Shown: positions 18,368-25,890 of the stretch, one piece after another | Layout of the letters: the number at the start of each line of letters is the position of its first letter | Numbering within the stretch: position 1 is the stretch's first letter | Assembly (NCBI GenBank): GCA_017521805.1 | Contig: JAFXDK010000073.1 | Span: 13,410 to 77,409, forward strand | DNA from: Ruminococcus sp. | GTDB taxonomy: Bacteria > Bacillota > Clostridia > Oscillospirales > Ruminococcaceae | Direction: 5' to 3' | Length of the DNA stretch: 64,000 bases | Made by a program: the position numbers and the translations under genes | Notes under the pieces: model-generated | Database searches by the model: none | Seen by the model: the letters and a program-made list of their open reading frames with translations, nothing else | What the model was told of the DNA's origin: nothing

Positions 18368-18397
18368 AAAGAGAGTTCCTACGGGAGCTCTTTTTTC
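18368..18397 (+). terminator. Probable intrinsic terminator of the pectate lyase transcript
   Basis: Bulged stem aagagagttcc / gggagctctt, followed by tttttt (18391-18396). Confidence 0.5.
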
Positions 18398-18427
18398 TGT
18401 CCCGATGTAAAAAAATCACTGAGATTA

Positions 18428-18456
18428 TTGACAAAATTATATAAACATGATATAAT
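18428..18456 (+). promoter_or_regulatory. SigA-type promoter of the TM2-domain gene
   Basis: TTGACA (18428-18433), 17-nt spacer, TGaTATAAT (hexamer 18451-18456). Confidence 0.6.
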
Positions 18457-18508
18457 AAGATTATATTTAATCGAACAATGATATAGGCAAAAAGGAGGAT
18501 TTTTTAAT

Positions 18509-18898
18509 ATGAAATGCCCAAATTGTGCGGCAGAGGTCACAGGGCGATTCTGCGAATACTGCGGAAGTGAAATGAAACAAGAAGCTCCACAGATAATAAA
18601 CATTACAAATAATTATTATTCTGATGCCCCTAACGACAGAATTGACAGGAATTTCACCAACGTTGAACCAATACCAACTACTCAGCATTACAAGTTACTT
18701 GCAGGTATTCTCGGACTTACTCTGGGTTTCATTGGAGCTCACAATTTCTATCTTGGCTATAAGAAACGAGCTATAATACAGCTTTTACTTACAATTTTTT
18801 CAGCAGGCACTATAAGTATTATCTGGGGAATTATTGAAGGATTTATTATACTTTCATCGTCTACATATCGTGACGCAAACGGAAATCTGCTGAAATAA
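18509..18898 (+). CDS. Zinc-ribbon plus TM2-domain membrane protein
   Basis: N-terminal 'CPNCAAEV..FCEYCG'. TM2-like 'LLAGILGLTLGFIGAHNFYLGYKKRAIIQLLL'. RBS AAAGGAGG. Confidence 0.8.
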   Translation: MKCPNCAAEVTGRFCEYCGSEMKQEAPQIINITNNYYSDAPNDRIDRNFTNVEPIPTTQHYKLLAGILGLTLGFIGAHNFYLGYKKRAIIQLLLTIFSAGTISIIWGIIEGFIILSSSTYRDANGNLLK

Positions 18899-18914
18899 GA
18901 CAATTTCTGAAATT

Positions 18915-18944
18915 ACGGGCGGAGCACATCCGCCTGTATTTTTG
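18915..18944 (+). terminator. Intrinsic terminator after the TM2 gene
   Basis: 9-bp stem acgggcgga / tccgcctgt (one G-U pair), followed by atttttg. Confidence 0.7.
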
Positions 18945-19197
18945 CGGAATTGTTGTATAATATTTTAAGGTATTAATACTTGATTCAAAATAACATTGAA
19001 ATAGCCTTGAAATTCGTGATATCACAGGCAAATCTGCACAGAATAACGAGCTGCCATTTGTCTAATACAACGTTTTTTAAGTAAATATTAATAAAAGCAT
19101 TTTTTGAATTGTATTTCTTTTTCTTTTATATTATAATTAAGTAAAGATACAAAATTCTATGGGGAATAATCCAAAAAAGCCAAAATGGAGTGATTTT

Positions 19198-21897
19198 ATG
19201 AAGTTTAACAGAAACAAATCCCTGAATGTCACCGCTTTTATCACTGCGGCGGCTCTCACTATCCCCTATACCCATGCCTTTGCAGGAATTACTGCCTCAG
19301 CTGCGGGCGAGGGTATCAAAATCAACGAAATATGTGCCAAAAACAGCACCCATACCGCACCTGACGGTAACTGCTACGATTGGATAGAGCTTTACAATCC
19401 AAATTCATCAGCCGTAGACCTTAGCGGCTGCGGCTTATCCGACAAGGACAGCGAACCATTTAAATTTACTTTCCCCTCGGGCACTTCTATCGGCGCAGGT
19501 CAGCGTATCGTCGTTTACTGCGATTCTGTAATGCCCGAAATCAACGGCGCTTATACTGCCTCATTCGGACTTTCTACAAGCGGAGAAACGGTTATTCTTA
19601 CATCTCCCGATAACGCTTTATTGGATTCCGTGGATTTCCCCGCCCTTGCAAGTGACCAGTCTTACGGAAGAATCCCCGACGGCTCGGACAATTTCGCTCT
19701 GATGAACATGTCACCCAACAACGCCAACAGAGAAAGCGATATGCTGAAAAAAGACATTGAGGAACCCATATTCTCACAGCAGGGCGGCTTCTACGACAGC
19801 GGATTCAACCTCAATATTACCGTTCCCAGCGGTACAAAGGTGTATTACACCACCGACGGAAGCGTGCCTGACAGCAGTTCCCAGATGTACTCCTCCCCTA
19901 TCGCTATATCTGATATCAGCTCTCAGCCTAACTACCTCAGCGCGAGGACAGATATAAGAGGCGGTACTGTAACCGCTCCCACAAAGCCTGTAGATAAGGC
20001 TATGGTTATAAATGCCGTTGCAATTGATTCAAACGGAAATGTCAGCGATACCGTTTCAGCGGCTTATTTCATAGGCTACGGCAATCGCGCTTCCTACTAT
20101 CAGAATGTAAAGGTTATTTCCCTTACAACCCATGAGGATAACCTTTTCGGTCATGACAAAGGCATTTATGTCCTCGGCGCTACATATGACGAATGGAAAA
20201 ACACAAACGGCGGCGGTGCATTTGTTCAGGAATGGCAGATTCCCGGAAACTACTCCAATAAGGGCAGAGAATGGGAACGTCCTGCAATTATGCAGATTTA
20301 CGAGGACGGACAGGTCAAGCACACTCAGAATATCGGTATACGTATTCACGGCGGCGCTTCAAGAAGTCATATGCAGAAAAGCTTCAATATCTATGCACGC
20401 GCTGACTACGGCGTTTCAAAGTTTGATTTCAACCTCTTTGACGGCGATTTAAGAAGCGAATATACAGGAAAGAAAATCAAGGAATTTGACAGCTTTATGA
20501 TAAGAAACGGCGGTAATGACGCAAGCGCTACCCGTTTCCGCGACAAGCTTAATCAGGCTCTTGTATCTGACAGAGATATGCTGACTCAGGCTATGAAGCC
20601 CTGTATCGTCTTTATAAACGGCGAATATTGGGGACATTACGAAATCACTGAAAAGCTCAGCGACGATTACATTGAAGCCCACTACGGAATTGACAAGAAT
20701 GATGTTTGCTTAATCAAAAACGGCGAACTGGAGGAGGGTACAGAATCCGATTTCGCTGAATGGGAAAGTCTCCAGAACTGGTTCAATTCCAACGACCTTT
20801 CACAGACTTCAAACTACAATCAGCTTTGCGAAAAGATAGATATGCAGTCGTTTATAGATTATATGTGCGCTGAAATCTACTATGGAAATATGGATTTCTC
20901 CCCAAATAATACGGCTATGTGGAAATCAACCTCCGTTTACTCTGATAACGAATGGGGCGACGGAAAATGGCGTTTTATCCTCTTTGATACCGAATACAGC
21001 ACAGGTCTTTACGGCGGTATGGGCGCAACTGCAAACCATAATACATTTGACATGGTTCTGCGTAATACAGGCTTTATATCTGAGCTGTTAAAAAATGCAA
21101 TGAATAACGATACATTCAAACGTCAGTTTGCTACCACATTTATGGATATGGCAAACGAAAACTTCAATAACGAAAAAGTTCAGGCTATGATTGAGGAACT
21201 TACAAATGAATATCGCGATATGACCATTGATACCCTCGACCGTTTTGAGCCTAAGGATGTTACTCAGACACCCGAAAATCCTCAGAATCCACAGAATCCG
21301 GGCGGATTCCCCAACTTCGGCGGCAACTGGGGCGGTCAGGTACAGGATAACGCCACCACCTTCAATAATGAAGTTCAGTCGATTAAAACATTCTATAACG
21401 ACAGAAACAGAAGTGTTACTGAACAACTCCGCAATACCTGTAGTTTAAAGGGTAATAAGGTCAATATAACACTGAATAATGATGCCGCAAAGGGTACAGT
21501 GATACTTAACACAATTACTCCCACATTCAAGGATAACAAGTGGACGGGAAGCTATTATACGGATTATCCCGTAACTCTTACAGCAAAGGCACAGGCAGGC
21601 TACGCTTTCTCTCACTGGGAAACATCTGACGGAAAGACTATCAATACGCCTACAGCTGAGATTTCACTCACTTCCGATATGACCGTTACAGCGGTTTATA
21701 CTCAGTCGGGCGCTGTTAATGTTAAGGGAGATGTAAACTCTGACGGAACAGTAAGTGCCGCAGACCTTGTACTGCTTAACAAATGGCTTCTCGGCGCTGA
21801 AAATAATATAAACGGCGCTCAGGCTGACGTACACTCTGACGGTGTAATTGATGTTTACGATATGATAACCCTGAGAAAAATTGTTATAGGAAAATAA
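19198..21897 (+). CDS. Secreted LTD (lamin-tail) plus CotH kinase-like protein with C-terminal dockerin
   Basis: - LTD: 'IKINEICAKN...DWIELYNP'.
- CotH-like core: 'IRNGGNDAS..RFRDKL', 'VFINGEYWGHYEITEK'.
- Dockerin: 'GDVNSDGTVSAADLVLLNKWLLG...DVHSDGVIDVYDMITLRK'.
The likely start is ATG 19198 (GGAG 8 nt upstream). The ORF track starts at 19159. Confidence 0.85.
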   Translation: MKFNRNKSLNVTAFITAAALTIPYTHAFAGITASAAGEGIKINEICAKNSTHTAPDGNCYDWIELYNPNSSAVDLSGCGLSDKDSEPFKFTFPSGTSIGAGQRIVVYCDSVMPEINGAYTASFGLSTSGETVILTSPDNALLDSVDFPALASDQSYGRIPDGSDNFALMNMSPNNANRESDMLKKDIEEPIFSQQGGFYDSGFNLNITVPSGTKVYYTTDGSVPDSSSQMYSSPIAISDISSQPNYLSARTDIRGGTVTAPTKPVDKAMVINAVAIDSNGNVSDTVSAAYFIGYGNRASYYQNVKVISLTTHEDNLFGHDKGIYVLGATYDEWKNTNGGGAFVQEWQIPGNYSNKGREWERPAIMQIYEDGQVKHTQNIGIRIHGGASRSHMQKSFNIYARADYGVSKFDFNLFDGDLRSEYTGKKIKEFDSFMIRNGGNDASATRFRDKLNQALVSDRDMLTQAMKPCIVFINGEYWGHYEITEKLSDDYIEAHYGIDKNDVCLIKNGELEEGTESDFAEWESLQNWFNSNDLSQTSNYNQLCEKIDMQSFIDYMCAEIYYGNMDFSPNNTAMWKSTSVYSDNEWGDGKWRFILFDTEYSTGLYGGMGATANHNTFDMVLRNTGFISELLKNAMNNDTFKRQFATTFMDMANENFNNEKVQAMIEELTNEYRDMTIDTLDRFEPKDVTQTPENPQNPQNPGGFPNFGGNWGGQVQDNATTFNNEVQSIKTFYNDRNRSVTEQLRNTCSLKGNKVNITLNNDAAKGTVILNTITPTFKDNKWTGSYYTDYPVTLTAKAQAGYAFSHWETSDGKTINTPTAEISLTSDMTVTAVYTQSGAVNVKGDVNSDGTVSAADLVLLNKWLLGAENNINGAQADVHSDGVIDVYDMITLRKIVIGK

Positions 21898-21909
21898 GAG
21901 GTATTTTTT

Positions 21910-22875
21910 ATGAAAATAGGCATTCTCGGTGCAGGCGTAATTGCACATATAATGGCAGATACAGTTGCTAAAATGGAAAACGCTGAGGTTCTTGCCATTG
22001 GTTCAAGAACTGCTGAAAAAGCGGAGGCTTTTGCAAATGAGCATAATATTCCCACATTCTACGGCAGCTACGAGGAACTGGCAGCTGATGACCGTCTTGA
22101 CCTGATATATGTTGCAACTCCACATTCACGTCATTTTGAGGACTGTATGCTCTGTATAGAAAACGGCAGAAATGTCCTGTGCGAAAAGGCTTTCACTGCT
22201 AATAAAAAGCAGGCAGAGGCGCTTTTCAAAGCCGCTGAAAAAAAGAATGTTTTTATCTGCGAAGCTATCTGGACGCGTTTTATTCCCATGCGCAAAACCC
22301 TTGATGACATACTTAAAAGCGGCGCTATCGGCGAGTTGATGTCACTTACTGCCAATCTGGGATATCCTATTAATCATATGGAGAGACTTGTAAAACCTGA
22401 GCTTGCAGGAGGCGCTCTGCTGGATTTAGGTGTTTATGCCCTGAATTTCGCTGTTATGGCTTTCGGTAAGGATATTGTGGATATCAAATCATGCTGTACC
22501 AAAAACGAATACGGCGTGGATATGCACAATTCCATTATTCTCACATATGCAGACGGTAAATCCGCACTTCTTCACAGCTGCTGCTACTGCGCCCTTGACA
22601 GAAAGGGTATTATCCACGGTACTCTGGGCAGAATTGAATTCCACAACATCAATAACTGTGAGGGAATTGACGTATACTACAACGACGGCCGTCACGAGAG
22701 ATACGATACTCCGCCACAGATAAGCGGATATGAATATGAAGTTATTGCATCGCTTAAAGCGATATCCGAGGGTAAAAAGGAATGTGAGGAAATGCCTTAC
22801 GAGGAAACTCTTTTTATCATGGAGTTAATGGATAAGCTCCGCAGCGATTGGGGAATTGTTTATCCTTTCGAATAA
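21910..22875 (+). CDS. Gfo/Idh/MocA-family NAD(P)-dependent oxidoreductase
   Basis: 'MKIGILGAGVIA' Rossmann fold and 'VLCEKAF' motif. The start lies 12 nt after the CotH stop, with RBS AGAGG. Confidence 0.85.
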   Translation: MKIGILGAGVIAHIMADTVAKMENAEVLAIGSRTAEKAEAFANEHNIPTFYGSYEELAADDRLDLIYVATPHSRHFEDCMLCIENGRNVLCEKAFTANKKQAEALFKAAEKKNVFICEAIWTRFIPMRKTLDDILKSGAIGELMSLTANLGYPINHMERLVKPELAGGALLDLGVYALNFAVMAFGKDIVDIKSCCTKNEYGVDMHNSIILTYADGKSALLHSCCYCALDRKGIIHGTLGRIEFHNINNCEGIDVYYNDGRHERYDTPPQISGYEYEVIASLKAISEGKKECEEMPYEETLFIMELMDKLRSDWGIVYPFE

Positions 22876-23296
22876 CCCCTCTCACTAATGGGCTGAAATG
22901 AGCCTTTTTGCAACGGAAAAACGTTGCAAAATGAAAAATAATTTTTATTTTCTACTTTTTCAATAATTATCAACAGGATATTTTATACGATATTCATAAA
23001 TTTTACAGTTATAATTTTTATAATTATTTGTTAATTTTTTATTACATAACAATGATAAATGACTGCCAAAACAGCCCTATAAAATTAATTATATGTTTTA
23101 TAATTTGTATTGAATTATGATGTAATGTCTGTATTATCAAGATTAATAATTCTTAATCATCAAAGTTTTAGCGAAGTAAAGCAAGAGTTTCAAGAAGTCC
23201 GAGGATACATGTATGTAGTAAGCGAATTTCTTGGACTTCTTGAAATCACCTAAAGCTAATGGCTCAAAATTTTAGAATTAATTTTTCCCTGTCCTA

Positions 23297-23325
23297 TTGA
23301 CAAATGTCGCTTTATAATGTATAGT
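23297..23325 (+). promoter_or_regulatory. Candidate promoter of the Spo0A_C-like gene
   Basis: TTGACA (23297-23302), 17-nt spacer, TATAGT (23320-23325). The predicted TSS lies downstream of the ORF-track start, which supports the internal start at 23358. Confidence 0.5.
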
Positions 23326-23357
23326 AAATGATGAGAGAATATTTTTCGGAGGAAGCG

Positions 23358-23765
23358 ATGATAGAACTAAAAATACAGAAAGCTTTGGAAAATAACAGCT
23401 ATAAAAAAGAAATCGTATTCTGCATGATTGCCGAGGAACTTAAAGGAATCGGCTTTAAAACCGACTGTATTGGTTTTATTTACTTGCAGGAAGCTATATA
23501 TATGTACCTGAGCACACCACTGCACAGCGATATTATTTCCGAAATATACGGCAGGCTTGCCCAGAGATTCAGGCGTATCCCACTGAGCATAAACCGTTCA
23601 ATTACAAAAGCAATTTCTGATGTGTGGAATGGGAAAATAAACAAATTTAACTACACCCTCCTCAGTACCTCAATCAGTGCGTATTATATGCCCCAAAATG
23701 CTGAGTTTATTGCCACGATTGCCGAAAATGTGATTATAAGGCTGAGAAAAGAACTGAATCTCTGA
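23358..23765 (+). CDS. Stand-alone Spo0A C-terminal (DNA-binding) domain protein, no receiver domain
   Basis: Aligns by eye to the B. subtilis Spo0A C-domain:
- 'IGFKTDCIGFIYLQEAIYM' against 'VPAHIKGYLYLREAISM'.
- 'LSINRSITKAISDVW' against 'ASRVERAIRHAIEVAW'.
- 'PQNAEFIATIAE' against 'PTNSEFIAMVAD'.
Start at ATG 23358, 5 nt after GGAGG. Confidence 0.8.
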   Translation: MIELKIQKALENNSYKKEIVFCMIAEELKGIGFKTDCIGFIYLQEAIYMYLSTPLHSDIISEIYGRLAQRFRRIPLSINRSITKAISDVWNGKINKFNYTLLSTSISAYYMPQNAEFIATIAENVIIRLRKELNL

Positions 23766-23770
23766 TATAG

Positions 23771-23820
23771 AAAAAACGGCGAGTACGAATTAATATAAAT
23801 TCGTAAACTCGCCGCTTATT
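23771..23820. terminator. Bidirectional terminator between the Spo0A_C-like and LRR-dockerin genes
   Basis: Stem ggcgagtacgaatt (23778-23791) with aattcgtaaactcgcc (23798-23813). Flanked by an A-run and a T-rich tail. Confidence 0.7.
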
Positions 23821-23854
23821 AATTATATAATGGGAACTTCTGATGTAATATTTA

Positions 23855-25576
23855 TTACAATCCCTTTACTAATTCTTTTCTCATAACGCACAAATCAAAT
23901 ACATCAATTTTACCGTCTTTGCAAAGGTCAACTGCATCGGGATTTTCAAGCTTTGCATGGTCAACTCCCATAATCCAATTTGTGAGAGATACGACATCGG
24001 CAATTGTCAATTTGCCGTCGCCGTTTGCATCACCAGCAACAATTTCGGGAACGACATCTTCTGTAGGTTTTTCAGTAGTTGCAGTAGTCGTTGTTGTAGT
24101 TTCTGTCGTAGTCGTAGTAGTTGCTGTTGTAGTTACCTGTGGAATTTCTTCCTCGATAACTTCAAATTTTCTATTGTATTTTTCAGCATATGCCTGAGCA
24201 GATGAGCCTGCATAGCCGTGAATTACAACTGCATTTTCAACAGTTTCTTCATCTGTGGTGATTGTGGGGGTATTTACAATCCAATCCCCGTTGTCGCTGA
24301 TATCAGGCAAAGTTTTATTTGTCTTGTACTCCGCAGGGATTGTCTTTTCAGAATCGAAAATATCGCAGTCCTTGTCGTAGATATAAATATCACTTGTGCT
24401 CTTTGCACCTTTAAGTGTTTTTTCATTTATATACGGCGCTCTGTAGTGGATTGTATTTGTTACATCATTTGAACCGATAATGAACGCATCACATACATAT
24501 GTTACAGATTCAGGGAAATCCACAAGTTCAATATCGCTTCGCATTTGAAATGCCCACTCTGCAACACCAACCGTTCCGTCGGCAAATTCGGCATTTACAA
24601 TATCCTCATCGCTGTTTACAGCCCAGTTATCAACGTAGTGTATGCCGTCCTTTACTTCCACACAGCCCGATTTTTCAAAGGGATTTCTGCCCATATAATA
24701 AACAGAATCGGGGATATCAAATTCTGTAAGCGACTTACATCTGTTGAATGCACCGCTGCCTATTGCCCATATATCGCCGTTGAATTTCACATCTTTCATC
24801 GCTTCACAGAGAAAGAAAGTGTCCATGTGCACAGCATTGATACTCTTTGGCAATTCAACGCTTTCAAGAGCCTCACAAGCGACAAATGCGCTGTTGTTAA
24901 TCTGCTTGATATTTTCGGGTATAACGGCTTTTTTCAGCTTATAACAGCCTGTAAAAGCGTAATCGCCTATGATTTCAGCCTTTTCAGAAATTTTAAGCTC
25001 TGTCATTTCCAACGCAGGCAGACAGCCTATAAGCTTTTTCATATCCTTGGAGTAAAGTAGCCCCTCAGATACCATAAAATATGGATTTGTTTCAGATACC
25101 TTTATTTCCGCAATGGTTGGATAAATTACTTCTGTTATGGTTCCAGACATTTCTTCACTTGATGCCGCAAAGAGCTCTTTATGGCTTTTAGTTGTAATAA
25201 TATCTTCCCATTTTATGTACTGTAATGAATCAGGGAAAGTAATTGTTTTAAGCTTGCGGCAGAATCCAAAAGGAGCGTCAGTCAAGCCAATTACAGGTAT
25301 GCCGTTTATTTCAGCGGGAATTTCAACCTCCTCGGCTTCTCTGTCAGTAAAATCTGTGAGATAGGCAAAATCTTCGTAAACATAAAAAGTGAAATCACCC
25401 TCAGTAACAGTTTTGCAGTCGGCTTCAAGGTCCGGATTTTCAGCTGTTTCATCTTCAAGCTGTGCAGTATAATCCATAATACTTATGGTATTCATAGCCT
25501 CCGCAGAGGGCATATAAATATCAGCGGAACAGGATATAAGAGCAACAGCGGATAAAAATGCGGTTAATCTTTTCAT
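23855..25576 (-). CDS. Secreted BspA-type leucine-rich-repeat protein with Thr-rich linker and C-terminal dockerin
   Basis: LRR_5-like repeats ('IPENIKQINNSAFVACEALESVELPKSI', 'IGSGAFNRCKSLTEFDIPDSV'). Poly-T linker. Dockerin 'GDANGDGKLTIADVVSLTNWIMG...CKDGKIDVFDLCVMRKEL'. Signal/lipobox-like N-terminus. Confidence 0.85.
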   Translation of the reverse strand: MKRLTAFLSAVALISCSADIYMPSAEAMNTISIMDYTAQLEDETAENPDLEADCKTVTEGDFTFYVYEDFAYLTDFTDREAEEVEIPAEINGIPVIGLTDAPFGFCRKLKTITFPDSLQYIKWEDIITTKSHKELFAASSEEMSGTITEVIYPTIAEIKVSETNPYFMVSEGLLYSKDMKKLIGCLPALEMTELKISEKAEIIGDYAFTGCYKLKKAVIPENIKQINNSAFVACEALESVELPKSINAVHMDTFFLCEAMKDVKFNGDIWAIGSGAFNRCKSLTEFDIPDSVYYMGRNPFEKSGCVEVKDGIHYVDNWAVNSDEDIVNAEFADGTVGVAEWAFQMRSDIELVDFPESVTYVCDAFIIGSNDVTNTIHYRAPYINEKTLKGAKSTSDIYIYDKDCDIFDSEKTIPAEYKTNKTLPDISDNGDWIVNTPTITTDEETVENAVVIHGYAGSSAQAYAEKYNRKFEVIEEEIPQVTTTATTTTTTETTTTTTATTEKPTEDVVPEIVAGDANGDGKLTIADVVSLTNWIMGVDHAKLENPDAVDLCKDGKIDVFDLCVMRKELVKGL

Positions 25577-25890
25577 AATTTTTCCTCCGTTTCATTTTTC
25601 GGTGGTTTTATTATACCATAAAAATTTTATATAGTCAATATTATTATGAAAATTATATTCAAGATGTTGACTGCGGTTGACAGTTTGTGATGAAATCAGC
25701 CGTTTTTTCGGTGAAATATACGGATTTTTTATGCGGTATGCTGTAAAGTGCACCGCATTTTTTGTGCAGGTATACGAATTTCAGAAAATTTAAAATTTAT
25801 TTCGTCTTTTTGGCTGTCTAAATGCACTTATATATGAAAGCATTAAATATGATCCATAGTGTACAATAATTTGCCAAAGGAGGCTTTACT

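Noticed and set aside
18193-18481. Two overlapping 79-83-aa ORFs downstream of the pectate lyase gene
   Set aside because: They have TTG or weak starts, no SD and Cys/Arg-rich low-complexity translation. They sit inside the inverted-repeat element and across a terminator.
22891-22929. Two small hairpins after the oxidoreductase gene (GGCT..AGCC+T5; TTGCAACG-GAAAAA-CGTTGCAA)
   Set aside because: They are probably an ordinary weak terminator. The first stem is only 4 bp and the second lacks a U-tract, so I did not list them as confident features.
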